From the human T2T-CHM13v2.0 reference genome, Homo sapiens, in the NCBI RefSeq assembly GCF_009914755.1, contig NC_060932.1: a DNA stretch of 64,000 bases. One strand, given 5' to 3'. Both the position numbers and the translations under genes were made by a program. The notes below the pieces were generated by a model. That model saw nothing but the letters and a program-made list of their open reading frames with translations. It did no database searches and had not been told where the DNA came from. This document shows positions 25,113 to 38,711 of the stretch, one piece after another (the first letter of the stretch is position 1; each line of letters begins with the position of its first letter).

Positions 25113-25994
25113 CATAAAGGGTTAAACAAGGAACATTTTCAAATTCACTGGAAATAAATCAATTAAAAATTAAAATTAAAATGTGATATGACTTTTTTTT
25201 CCATCAAATGAGCCCAGATTTTTAAAAATGATCATGCAAAAGATTCTGGAAAAGAGGCATAGTCGTTGTTTGCTCGTTAAATTTTAAATGGACTTAAATT
25301 TGTTTTAAAGCAATTTGGTAATAAGTTTAACAATATGTATAAATATTCACACCTTGACCAACTGACTCCACTTCTAGGAATACATTCTGAAGAATTAAAC
25401 TAAAGAGTACGAGAAAACTTCAGAACAGACAGTGCCATTATTCTAGTTAAAAAGTAAAAATAATGTACAAGTTCAACAATAGGGTACCGATTAAAAACTT
25501 TCTACCTTTGATGGAATACAAGAAAACTATTAAACATCATCAATTAGAAAAAAAATAATATTAGAAAACAGTTGAGGGCTATACTTAAGTGAATAAATCA
25601 TGTTGCCAGTAGCATGTATAGCATGACTTAGATTTGTATATTACAAAAAGAAAAAAAAGATGAGAGGGGTTAAAGTTTCATTCATTTATTAATTTCTTAT
25701 TTATTTCAAAAATATTGATTAAACATCTACTAAATGTCAGGCCTGGTTCCAGGCATTGCCAAATAAAATAGACAAGATGCTTCTCTTCATAAAATAGATT
25801 AATGGAGTTATTTCTGGAAGGTAGGATTAGTAATAGTTTTCACATTTTTCATTGAGATTTTATACTTCTACCCAAGTGTCTTACATGAATCGTGATTTTA
25901 ATCATCATGCAGTGGTTCTGATTCCATTCTATGATTTGGAGTATAGTGGGAAACTTAAATACCGACACATACATGGATAAAGCAGATTCTTAAA

Positions 25995-27505
25995 AAACAT
26001 TCTGGAAAAATTTGGTATCAAGTGGAAAGAAAAAACAAACACATTTGGCCTCTACCTCACACCATATACAAAAATAAATTCCAGTTTGATAGTAGACTTC
26101 AGTATTTAAAAAAATGAAATTTCAAGAAAAAAATGGAGAAATCTTCATGAATTCTTTCATAAAGGACATAACTGATCAATCTCACTGCATTAAAAGTAAG
26201 AATCTTTGTTCAGGCCAGGTGCAGTGGTTCACACCTGTAATCCCAGCACTTTGGGAGGCTGAGGTGGTTGGATTATCTGAGGTCAGGAGTTTGAGGCCAG
26301 CCTAGCCAACATGGTGAAACCCCGTCTCTACCAAAAATACAAAAATTAGCTGGGCGTGGTGGCACATGCCTGTAATCCCAGATACTTGGGAGGCTGAGGC
26401 AGGAGAATTACTCAAGCCAGCAGCGAGCTGAGATTGCGCCATTGCACTCCATCCTGGCCAACAGAGCGAGACTCTGACTCAAAACAAACAAAAACCTTTG
26501 TTCATAAGACAAAACAATAACAACAAAAACATCAATAGAGAGAAACACCACAGAGTGAGAAAAGGCATTTGCTGCACATATAACTAACAAAGGGCTTGTA
26601 TCCAGAATCTGTAAGGAAAACGCAGGCAACCTAATGGAAAAGTGATGTAGAGACTAGAGTACTCACTTCATGAAAGAGGATATCCACATGGCTTTTAACC
26701 AAATGAAAAGTGAGCAACCCCAGAAGCCACTGGGGAAATGCAGATTAAAGCCACAACAAGACACTGCCACATACCCATCAGAATGGCTAAAATTAAAACC
26801 ATTAACAACATGAAAGATGGTTGAGATGTGGAGTAGAGAGAACTCTCACATGCTATTGCTACGAGTATAAAATGCTACACCCTCTCAGGAAAACACCTAG
26901 ACATTATGTAATGTATTTGAAGATTAATGTACCCTTTAACCAGCAGTTGTGTACCTAGGTACAAACTTTGCAAGCACACACGCATGTATGTTCCAAAAAG
27001 CACATACAAAAACACTCCTAACAGCATTATTTGTAATAATAAAATATAAGAAATTACCTAAATATCCATCGACTGCCATTGGTAGTATGGTTATACAATG
27101 GAATTCTACACAGCAATGAAAAGGAGCTAGAGCTACATGCAACAACATGGATACAACTCACAAACGTAAGACTTAGTGGAAAAAGCTAGACACAAAGTTA
27201 ACACCTTCTATATGTGGTTCCAGTTATATAAAACCAAAAACAGACAAAGAAAAAGTATAGCATTTAGGAATGAATACTTAGGGAATGAAAGCATACAATA
27301 AGGTAGGAAAGTGATGAGCATAAAAGTCAGAATAGAGATTGCTTTTGGGGGAGAGTCTGGGCTTGAGTAGAAAGGGACAGTGCAGCACCTCCCAAGTACT
27401 GGCAATGGTCTTGCTCCTGGTGGTGACACAGTTGTTCTCTTTACGGTAATTCAGCTGTACATTGTGTTACGCTTTCTGAGTTATAATACACCATAAAAAA
27501 TGATA
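25995..27505 (+). mobile_element. L1ME ORF2 end and 3' UTR
   Basis: cctacctcacaccatatacaaaaataaattcc, cccatcagaatggctaaaatt, tacaatggaattctacacagcaatgaaaa. Confidence 0.85.
26213..26490 (+). mobile_element. AluSx-like, inserted in the L1ME
   Basis: Dimer with a small right-arm deletion; TSD aagaatctttgttca / aaaaacctttgttca. Confidence 0.95.
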
Positions 27506-27519
27506 TTAAGGCAACCCAA

Positions 27520-27657
27520 CAAAAACATTAATGCCTGGGCCCCACTCCAGACCAGTGAAATCAGGATCTTTGAGAGCAGGGTGTGGTATGGGTGTTTTGT
27601 AAACATTCCCAAGGAGATTCTCATGCACCTCCAGGGCTGAGAAGCCTTGGAACACTG
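27520..27657. mobile_element. MER5A hAT MITE fragment
   Basis: tgcctgggccccactccagaccagtgaaatcag...ccaaggagattctcatgc. Confidence 0.7.
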
Positions 27658-28309
27658 TATAAGAGCAAGCTCAGGTTCTCCAGTCTCCAGCACTCTCCAG
27701 CACTTCTCTCTGGGCCTCCATTTCCTCTTCAGTTAAATGAGTGCAATAACAGTACTGACCTGATGAGGTTCTAAGAATTGCAAGTGCCAACACCATGAAG
27801 GGTTTGGAGTATTTACCGGCACATTTTAAGTACCCGATCAGCATTAGACTGGTATCTTTATAATAATAAAGTAGCAATACATTTCGTTTCTTAAATAAGA
27901 CAATGGAAGGGGTCAACACAATTCCAAATATTTAGCAAACACTTTCAAAATGTTATTACTATTAAATATTTGGTTTCCACAATCTCAGGATGAACTAGGA
28001 TGCCCCTCAGCTCTGGAAAGCCTGTCTCCTTTGGGCTTGGGAAAGAAATGCAGTTTCAGAAAACAGTCCAGTGATATTCAGAATCTGCTGGAATAAGTGG
28101 ATATTACCACTTGGAATACCCCCACTAGTTTTTAGTTTTGTAAATTCTCCAGAGACAAGGCCCAGGCCCTTCTTTTCTTGATTCTGCTGATAGTGCCTAG
28201 AGCATACCTTGTAAGTGCTAATGGGCACAATGCTATTTTGAGCCAAGACTCATGGGTTCGGTAGGTCAGAAACTACCCATGAAGATGATGGTATCAAAAG
28301 GGCAGAGCT

Positions 28310-28510
28310 TAAAACTTCATTCCACCCTTTACTGGCTGGGTGACTTTGGCCAAGGCATGATCTCTGAAAGCCTCAATGCTCACATCTGTAAAATGGAGAG
28401 GATGACAAAGACAGCTGTCTCGCTTCTTCAAGATGTTTTGGTGAGGCGACGCCGAGAAGAGATGCAAAAACTCCTAACACACAATATGTGCCCAGCTAAC
28501 AAATGCTTTA
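28310..28510 (+). mobile_element. MIR SINE
   Basis: ctgggtgactttggccaag...cacatctgtaaaatggag. Confidence 0.75.
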
Positions 28511-29399
28511 CGCCTCTGCACCCAGCAGGTGGCCGGGTAATGGCACTGACAAAACAAATTCTGCAGGCTGAACTGGATTTTGGGAGCCTGTTGAGCTGAA
28601 ACAAACATCACCAAACTACTCTGCAAGGATACACTTGGGTACACAGTGCTCAATGAGGGAAAAGAGAGTAGGAAAAATCCTTTCCCACTGGTCTACAGCT
28701 ATCAGAAGAGAGAAAACATCTTCCCCCTCCCAACAGCAGGACACTCAAAAATAGCTACCCCATTTCTCTTCTTTCTAACCCCCTCAGGACATATTCTCAA
28801 CCAAATGCCAGCCAGCCTTCTGCACCACATTCCATGTGGGGAGCAGCATCTGCTTGCAATACAGATGCCCATGGCACCTGGGCAGCCGCTGTCTTGGAAA
28901 CTGCTTCCTGCACTGGCGAGGGTGGGTATGGACACGGTGTGTTTTCCTGAGCCACAGAAGGGAAGATAATAATCCATCCTAAAGCCTCACCGAATATACA
29001 CTCTGACACTGTGTGTCTGCATGCCACACCTGTGGGGGTGTGTGCTCATTTTTATCGGCACGCATCCTGCTGTCATAAACCATGGTGGACTTTAATTGCC
29101 CAGCAGTACCAAGTCTGTGCCTTTTAATGCCTACAGCATCCGGCCTCCCCCCTGGAGAAACATATCTGGTTACGACGTAATTCCTCTGACCTAAATTGAT
29201 TCACTTTCTTGTCAAAGAGGACAGTGGTTCTTCAGCTCTGGGGTCAATTTTATTGACTTTTCTCCAGCAGAAACCCTTTGGAACTCATCTTTTGCTCCTG
29301 CCTTGGATTAAAAGTTTCTAGAGGAGAATTTACCATTTGTGTTTTTTAAAACAGAGGTGCTATGCTGGCCCCCGAGCCCTGCCCCAGCCCAGTACTCTC

Positions 29400-30110
29400 T
29401 GATTTCAAATACTATCATGCGCTCTCCTCTTCCTAAATCTTCCCCGGCCACACCAGCATCCTTGCTGTTCCTCAAAAAGATCAGGCCCATTTCCATCCCA
29501 GGGTCTTTGCACTGGTCCTTACCTAGATGTTCTTATTCCCCATGTCTGCCTGGCTCACTCCTCTCTCTCTCTCAACTCTATATTCAAACCTCACCTTTCC
29601 ATGATGCCTACACTGATTCCCCATTTAAACCTGCAACACTCTTAACCTGAGCAACACAGCAAGACCCTGACTCTACAATTTTTTTTTAATTAGCTGGGCA
29701 TGGTGGCACACATCTGTAATCCCAGCTACTCAGGAGGCTGAGGCGGGAGGATCACTTGGGTAGAGGCTGTCAAGAGCCATGATTGTGCCACTGCACTCCA
29801 GCCTTGGGAACAAAGCAGAACCTGTCTCAAAAAAAAAAAAAAAAAAAAAAAAGACGACAAAAAACTGCAACATTCTCCCCCTTATCAGCTCTTACCATAT
29901 CATATTTTAGTCCACAGCACTTTTCATCTTATATCTTAAGATAAAGTTTAAACCTTTTTCTTTTTTTCTGGTAGTTCTTTATTGTCTGGGTCTTGCACAG
30001 ACTCTAGAATAAAAATCAGAGAATGCTAACAATTTTCCAGTTTTGTTCAACTTCTCGGTCCCCAGCATGAAGCACACAGTAGGTACTTTAAAAATATTCC
30101 TGAATTGTTA
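29400..30110 (+). mobile_element. L2 interrupted by a truncated Alu
   Basis: ccagggtctttgcactgg, tgcctggctcactcc, cacagtaggtac. Confidence 0.7.
29643..29860 (+). mobile_element. 5'-truncated AluJ
   Basis: End of left arm, right arm and A tail; TSD aaacctgcaacactct (29627-29642) / aaaactgcaacattct (29861-29876). Confidence 0.9.
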
Positions 30111-30169
30111 CTGCTCTCCTACCCTTCCCCAACAGAAGCTTTCTGTTGTGAAGAAGTCAATGGCTTCAC

Positions 30170-30650
30170 AGGCAGAGCTCTGTTTAAATGCCACCTCAAG
30201 GGAGAAGCCACTCTATCTAAATAGCCATCCACTCTACCTCCCTACTCCCCTGCATCACTTTATTTTCTTCCTAGTCCTTATCACCACCTGACATTATATA
30301 ATGAAAACAGAGCACAGCTTTGTCTTTGTTGGTGTTCATGGCTCTATCCTAATCATCTAGAACAGGGATTGGCAAACTTCTCATAGAAAAAGGCTAGAGA
30401 GTAAATATTTTTGGCTTCACATGACCTGATGTCTTTGTTTCAACTACTCAACTCTGCCCTTGGAGCACAAAAGCTGCCACGGACAACATGTAAACAAAGA
30501 GTATGGCTGGGTTCCAAAATAAAACTTTATTTACAAAAACAGGTGGTGAGTCGGGGCTGGCCTATAGGACACAGTTTGCCAACTCCTGATCTAGAATAAT
30601 GCCTGGTGCATAGTAGGTGTTTAATAAATATTAGCTGAATGAATGGGCTG
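30170..30650 (+). mobile_element. L2 3' end interrupted by MER58A
   Basis: tgcctggtgcatagtaggtgtttaataaatattagctgaatgaat. Confidence 0.75.
30363..30588. mobile_element. MER58A hAT-Charlie MITE
   Basis: Terminal inverted repeats cagggattggcaaact / agtttgccaactcctg; perfect 8-bp TSD atctagaa at 30355-30362 and 30589-30596. Confidence 0.92.
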
Positions 30651-32131
30651 AATGATTTAACAACTAAATTTATCAATTTACCGCATGTCAGGCACTCCGT
30701 CAAGTGATCTTTCAATCATGTCATTTCATCCATAGAACACCTATTAAACTAAGGACTGTTATTCCTCATTTAGAGGTGAAAGGACAGAGGATAAAGGAGT
30801 TTCTGACTTTCCTGGGCTATCACCATGAGAGAGGATTAAAATTCAGGTCTTTCAGCCCCTGCTCATTCCACTACAGAACATGTACCCTCCCAGTCTTGTT
30901 GCATGCTCCATGAAAATGCAAAGTCATGCTGAAGATGATAACTAGAATTCTTCACCACCCACTGTGTACAGATTCCTTCACTCATCTGCCAGCCAGGGTT
31001 TGCCAGCTACCTACTGTGTGCCCTTGCTGTGCTCAGTGTGATAAAGCTCTAGTCAGACCCAGGCTCCACAAGACAACAGAGCTACGGAAACAGCCAAATA
31101 CCAACCACGTGCCAGGCACCAGGCTGCCGGCATTAGAAACCTGACTCTGATTCAGGGCTTGCCTTCAGGAGGAAGGGCAAGAAGCGCAAGTACTCTCAGG
31201 GCCTTCTATGTGCCAAGCACTATGCAACATATTTCCTTGCCATGCAAGTAAATGACAGGTGTCCACAGAAATGCAAAGGTTGGGGGAGTTCTGAGGAGAG
31301 AGCATGGGATTTCCTCCTTGGGACTCAGGAAAGCTGAGTTAAAGGGCATGGTTAAGCCATGTGTTTTTGGGAATCAGAACTGGGACCACTTCCCATTCCA
31401 AGAACTTACTAGCTATGCAGACCCTGGGAACATGACTCAGTTTCCCTATGTCATAGAAAACAGTGATAAGAGTGTGACCTCCCACCCCCCAAATTTTTTT
31501 TGAAAAACTAAATGGACTAATATATATGTAATAAGTGATTGCTTGATCCAGTGTAGGGACTTAAAGTGTGGCCATAATTATCATCCTGATCACCCTTGAA
31601 GGACCTGAGAGAACTTCAGAGTGAAACCTTTGGTATTCAGAGATCTACGAGTGAAAGTGGTACCCTACCCTACTTAACACACTGGTTATTATCAATGATG
31701 ACAATGGTGTGATGGGGTGGGGAGTGATGGGAGAAGTTCAAGGACTTCCCAGATCATGAGGCTCCTGTTTGTTAAGTAGCCTGAAGTCAGACAGGACCCC
31801 AGATTGGATCATTTGCTTATTTAACCAGCACCCAGCACTGAGTAGGAATTCTGTCTGCTGCCAAAAGCCAGTGAGTGCGCCTTGGCCAGAGCTGCCTGGA
31901 TATCCTGAGAAGATGAACTGTGCTTCTGCCAAAGACACAACTTAAGACCAATGGTCAACTCCAGCTGCGTCGGATGTGGAAACTGAGCTGGGCCTGCTGG
32001 TAATGGGGCCTGCCTCCCTGACAACCAACCCTGCCTCCATCAGTCAGCGCAAGCCTCATGCATTTAGAGCACCCAGATGGGAGTGTAGTGCTAATAGGTG
32101 CTTCATTACTGTTCCCTTCCAACCCTGCTGG

Positions 32132-32405
32132 TTTTTAAAAATTTAATGTAATTTAATTTTTAACTTAATTTGTTTAATTGACAAATAATAATTGTATGTA
32201 TTCATGAAGTACATAGTGATGCTTCGATATGTATAATGTACAGTAATCAAATCAGGGTAATGAGCATATCCATCATCTCAAACATTTATGATTTCTTTGT
32301 GTTGAGAACATTCAATATCCCCCTTCTAGCAATTTGAAATTACATCATATTGTTAACTATGGTCATCCTACAGGAGTATAGAACACTAGAACTTATTCCT
32401 CCTGT
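32132..32405 (-). mobile_element. L1MA 3' end
   Basis: tttaattgacaaataataattgta...aaatcagggtaatgagcatatccatcatctcaaacatttat...gaacttattcctcct. Confidence 0.9.
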
Positions 32406-32954
32406 TTTTCCCAGAAATCTCCAATCACACCATGCTCTAATAGAAGTATCAGGAGTTCTAACACGACAGCAAAGAGATGCCTTAGAGTCTGGTTTGACAT
32501 AATGCAGTTCAAGTGAAAGTGGTACCCTACCTGACTTAATACACCGGTTACTACCAACAATCACCTTTTTAAAACTCAACCAAACATCTTAGCTCAGAGC
32601 AATTCAAAACACAAACAAACCCTAGGAAAGTGATGAGACTTTCAGTCACAGAGTAACAACATGTTGTGTTTATCCAGCATCTCCTACTAAAGAGATTTCT
32701 CATTCACCAGGCATTCTGGAGCTTCTACAATGATATGCCTGGAGCTTTCTAAGTTTTCCCTTATTTATTCCTTTTGAAACCTCCTTACAGGCATTGGGCT
32801 CATCCCCATTTGGCTGAAGCCGAAGCTCAGTGAGCTCAAGGGACTTACCCAATGGCATCTCCTAGGGGAATGTCGCATCTCAGCAAAGAGGAGGAATGGA
32901 CAGAACCCATGGGAACACGAACTGGCCCAAAGCATTTAGCAGAGACTCTTGTTT

Positions 32955-33165
32955 TCCAGATGCTAGGCCCTGGCTGTGGTCACAGCCGGGCCTGAGTTCA
33001 GTCCCAGCTCTGCCAATCTGATCTGGAAGGATTTGGGTTACTATTACCTAGTACTCTAATTTCGGTTTCCTCATCCACTAGGTGGAGCTAACGCCAGTCT
33101 CTCTGCCTAGCACTGCAGTGAGGATTAGAGGAGATGGCGCAGGAGAGGCCCTCAACGCACTGTTG
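32955..33165 (+). mobile_element. MIR SINE
   Basis: cctgagttcagtcccagctctgcca...ggtttcctcatc...gtgaggattag. Confidence 0.7.
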
Positions 33166-33642
33166 TCAAAACCTTCATTTCCGACCCAGGCAGTGGCCTG
33201 GGTGCTCCACATATGTTTCTCATTTAGTCTCCGAAATGGCCCACTCTTTGCCCCATTGAACAGAGCAGATAACAAACACTTGGGTCTCCCATCCAGTTTC
33301 CATGGAGCATCAATTCTCTAACCACTACGTACACTGACACTCTGCAACTTAGAACTGATCTTTGCAGAAGCAGAATTTACATGAGAGAAAAACTTCCACT
33401 TATACTGCAAAGAAAAAAACAAAACAAAACCCGACCTCCTCAGAGCCATGAACTTGGTAACAGGAAAAAAAAAAAAAACCCAGAGCCTGACACAGCAGTA
33501 ACTTCATGTATTATATTATCAAAAGGAAGACATTTCTTCCTTTTACTTTCAAATTTGGTCTCAGATTTGTCCAGCCTTGCCGCCTGTTAGTTCAAAAATC
33601 TAGATACCAAAACTTTGGAAAAATACCAGAATTGAGGACAGT

Positions 33643-33870
33643 TGTAGCGGGTAAGATTATAAGACAGTCCCCAAGATTTCTGCCTCTGCGTACCCACACC
33701 ATTTTCTCCTAGTGAGTTAATCAAACACAAACCCAGGGACTGCTCTGAAGGGATTCTGCTATCGTCATTAAGATCCCAAATCAGCTGACAACAGATACAG
33801 AGAGTATCTGGGTGGGCCTGAGCTAATCACCTGAATTCATTAAGAGCAGAGAACGTTCTTAGAAGAAGTC
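33643..33870 (+). mobile_element. MLT1 (E/F-like) LTR 5' fragment
   Basis: ccccaagatttctgcc, gaagggattctgc, tatctgggtgggcctgagctaatcac. Confidence 0.7.
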
Positions 33871-33976
33871 AGAGAGAAATGTGTTAGCTAGTGAAGTGGT
33901 CCTAAGTAGTTGGAGGGATCTTGCCAGAGGTGACCAGAATTGAAAGAAAAGCAATCAAAGGGGATGGGATAAAAAT

Positions 33977-33978
33977 TG

Positions 33979-34011
<33 letters not shown>

Positions 34012-34039
34012 GTGGGAGAAAGAGAGAGAGAGAGAGAGA
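33977..34039. repeat. Compound (TG)n-(GA)n microsatellite
   Basis: Directly visible. Confidence 0.95.
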
Positions 34040-36824
34040 TTTAAGAGAGTCAGGGAGAGCCTCTCTAGTTGGTGCCATTTATTCCCCAAGTGTTTTATTA
34101 TTATTACTGCATTTTTCATTAAAAAACACCCATTGCTTAAGACACACATCAAATCCAGTTGGTCTAGTTGGGTGGTGGCTTAATGGGCTAATATCGCATT
34201 TTACCAAATCACTACTGGAAACTTCATTACTCAGTCTGAGTGGCTGAGTCAGGCCCTCTGTGCCCAGAGGACTGCTGCCTGACATGACCTACATCCCCAT
34301 CTGACCGTGCCTCAGTGCCCTCTTTCAAGGTACAATGAGCTGGGAAACGTGGTTATAGTCACCTTTCCAGTTGGGTGGAAAGATGGCAGGGCATGAGAGC
34401 AAAGTACTAGATTCCATTAAGGCCTTCCTCTCCCTGCCAGGGTAACCTAGACAAGTTGTTCAGCCTCCCTGGAACCTCTTCTGTGATGAGGGAATCAGAA
34501 TAAGACTATCTACGCTGCATAGGGTTGGGATGGGAATCATGTAAAATCTTATATAGGTAAGTGCTGGGTACAAAGTAGATGCTCATGAATTGCTGTTCTT
34601 CTGATCATGATCCTTAGGGAAGTAGGATATGTTTTACAGAGACCATCAGCTATGAATTTAAACAGGTTTTCAGTACACTGTGCTCAGTAAGGGATTACCA
34701 GAGGAGATTTAAGGAATTTCCACGGCTTACAGACTATCTGGTTTGAAAAGTCTTTTCCCTTCATTAATAATAATAATAAAGACTAAAAAAAGTTCCCAGA
34801 GAAGCTAAGGAACTTGTTCAAGGGTGCACAGAAAGATTAAAGGTTGTTATCTCACTTCAAGTTCAGGAATTTGTTTTCTTCATCTTCAGCTAAATGCCAA
34901 CTATCTATCCATCTATCTATCTGTCTTTCTGTATATCCATCTATACAAAATCCTAGGAAATTTTTTAAGGAAAAGCATATCTACTATAAAATATCTAATT
35001 TATAAAATATTAACTCCCTGTGCAAAAGCATACACCTTTCTTTGTGTCTTCGGGCGGTTACACAAGGGTAGCAAGGGAAACCAGTGGTTTCAGAGGCAAA
35101 CACTGAGAATTACAACTCCAGAGAAACAACAAATTCCATCCACAGCAATTTTTTTAAATCATCAAGTTTTTAGAGAAACCTTTTGGTTTTTTTGTCAAAA
35201 GTAAACACAACTCCCAAAATTTAATCTTCACTCTCTACAGGCAGTTTCTGCTGAACCAAAAGATTAGCAATGGGCTTCAAATCTCTCCCCCTCTTCAACT
35301 AGTTGGTTAATTGTTACTTTCCTTTTTTCTGTGTGATATAGTCTCTTCAAATTTTTGAGTCTCTTGATTTTGCTTTTGCATTTTATATATTTTATATATT
35401 TTTTGAAAATGCTTTATAGAATCAGATAGAATAGAAAGAAACCAACTTACACTGGCTTTTATTTTTAAGTGGCATTTTCTTAAATGATTTGCTTATTATT
35501 CACATTTTCTAAATTCTCTATGTACTTTGTTCTGCCAAATAAAAATCTCAAATGTCAAAATCTCATTTGGGGTGCCCGAAGAACTCAACATTTCATTAAA
35601 GGTTACTTGCATAAGCCTTTGCCCCTATTAAAATGCTATTTTAATTTTGCTACAGATATATAAATAGTATAAACCAGTACAGGTTAAGTGGCTGGAAACA
35701 GAAAGACAGGCAGAAATTGGATGATGCTTACAGTGCAAAGGTGGGGGATACAGGAGAGGGGAGCATGAGAGTAAGGAACAGAGGGAATGGGCAGATGAGC
35801 CTGAAGCAAAGGGAGAGAAGGAAGCCAGCAAATAAATTAGGCAGCATGTTGATGGATTGAATGGGCTTTCCCAGAACCCCAGGTGATACTGGCATCTGCC
35901 CAAAGGGAAGGGAAGCTGAACTTCAGACCACTTCCCTGAGACAGCCTAAGTTAAAGGCTGCAGTGGTGAGCCCAGGCATCACATGACTTCTGACCACAGA
36001 GTGAAGGCACCATGCTTGCATGTACCTAAGACAAATTCAGTGCAGCCATATGTCAAGTGCCTTTGAGACAGGCATCGTAAAAGTCCACCAACAAAATAGG
36101 AAGGCTTCTCCAGACCTTCATCCCAGAATGCACATCAATGACAGAATATGCAGATACGATTTACAAATTTATTCAGAAGACAGGTCTCTATAGGCAGTAG
36201 AATCAACTTGTTTTGCAGGTTCTTATTAACAATGTTGCAATAAAAAACTCTTTTAATGAGTTACAGAAATAGCTCTCACCTCTGTGAGCCCAGAGAGCAG
36301 CCTGAGCCTCAGCTTTTGGGGAGTATTTTTTGCTTTCAATGCATTCGATCATTTTTGCAGCTCTCACAGAAAGCAGTTATATTAGATGACAAGCAACCAG
36401 CTGCCTGTCCCTCAGGAAGACACTTCTCCCATGCACCCAGTGTTTCTTGGTTTCCAGTCTTCTACTTCCTCTTATCCCATCCCTGGCCATCCTGGCCTTT
36501 GGGAGTCATTTTGTATGTGAGGCCCACAGAGATAGGAGAAGAGGGAAAAAGCGCCCTCCACCCCTGGAAGAAAATAAACCCTATGATTTGTATAACTCCT
36601 TACATTGTCCAAAATTCCAAGCATCAAGAACTCACTCCTCCTGGATTGGAAGAACTTAATGGACACCTCCCATTAGAATGAATCATTCTAACAATTCCAC
36701 TAGAATTAGTATCGCAATACACGCTCACACATATGTCTGTGTTCTTACTCGATGGTGAGATACTTGAAGAGAAGGGAAATCCTACACATCTCAAAGTCCC
36801 AGGTGGCCACATCTTTACCACCTG

Positions 36825-36970
36825 TTTGGCTTCAGATAAACACTCTCTGGGCCTCAGTTTCTCCTTCTGTAAAACGGAAACACTAGGCACTTGTACCTTG
36901 GAGGACTGTTGTGACCAGGCATCAGAGGAGTTAAGAAAGGCTTCTGAGTCTACTCAGCTCTGTGAATGAG
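36825..36970 (+). mobile_element. MIR SINE
   Basis: ctctctgggcctcagtttctccttctgtaaaacgg. Confidence 0.75.
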
Positions 36971-38285
36971 CTAATTGGATGATCTTTACATCAGGTTTTC
37001 TGGCTCCCAATCCTGGACAACAACCTACCGGGTGCCCATGACAAGGAAGGGGTAGGTGCAGGAGAACGTAACCTGGCCACCAGGGAAGGCTTCCTGGAAG
37101 CAAAGACACCTAGGCAGACCTGAGCAGTGAGCTGGAATTGTCAGGTGAAGAGCTGCATGTTCAGGGCAACAGACAAACACGTATGTACTATTCACCAATT
37201 CCATTCATGTGTTAAATGTATTCAGCGTCTGTGTGCCTCTTGTCTGGAATCTGCCTCTTTTGTGAAATGAGAAGACTGAGCTAAATATGAGCTCAAATCC
37301 TATCCACTTCTAACATTACCTGACACAGAGCTGGGTTCATGGCTCATTTAACCACGATCCGATTTGCAGGCATTGAGTGGAACCCCAGGGCCGGCTTTTC
37401 ACACATCCTTGTGCTCAAGTCTGCGTTTCATACAATAACCAAAATGAAAGTGACATTTGATCAACTTTGAACAACTGACTCTCAACAGCACGGCTGTGAG
37501 TGGTCCAAGCTGTGGGATGAGGCTTGTCTATGGCTGATCAGCAAGAGCACGGAGCCAGCTCCTAGGCCCTGGTGATGCCACCGCGGGTCCCTGCACACAC
37601 AACGACCCCCACACCAGATCCAGCCAGGCTTCTGAGGAAGCCCACGTGGGTACAGGAAAGCAGCAGATGTGCTCTCTGAAAGGATCTTCTCTCCTGTGTC
37701 ATTTCTGTAAGGAAAACAATCACAGAGGCTTATCCCAGTGGGGAGGGAATAGTGGGAAACAGCGTATAAAGAATCAGAGTGGTGAGGCCCTCCAGCAGTC
37801 TGGGGCTCTGCCTTTATATTCAGGGCCTTGCTATGCCTGGGCACAATGGCATTAATCCTAATCCCTTTCCCTCCCCTCCTGCTTACGCTGTCTCACTTGC
37901 CCTTTCACCACAACCTTGAAAGGCAGGTAGCATTGTTGGTCGCACATCTGCCCAGAGGGAGCCTGTCCAGGCCCCTGACATGATCTCAGCATTCTGTTAA
38001 TTCCCCTAGCCTTTGCAGAGGCCACAGCCAGCATTCAGGATAAGCAAGCTGGGAAACCTGGACTTAGTTTCACAAAACAAGAGCAGGAAGGTCCAGGCTA
38101 GGGTGAAATCCAGGAGAGTAGCTGGGCAATCCCCACCAGGCGGCAAATCTACATATGAACCCCTGCCTCAGAAACTACTAGAAACCAGGGCTGCATCCAT
38201 GAACAAGGAGCCAGCCACATAGAGACTGAGCGGAGAATCCTCCCAGCTGATAGGCTTTCAAGGAAAACACAAAGAGAAGGCTTGA

Positions 38286-38711
<426 letters not shown>

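Larger units (their letters stand above)
22900..25620 (+). mobile_element. Highly degraded L1ME/L1M ORF2 region with internal rearrangement and later insertions
   Basis: A-rich sense L1 motifs: cttagaggaaaatgtatagcc, gaagccaaaatcctaagtaaaatc, ccacttctaggaat. Confidence 0.65.

Noticed and set aside
24893-25157. Poly-Glu and poly-Ser ORFs
   Set aside because: Translations of the Alu end plus the GAA/GAG repeat.
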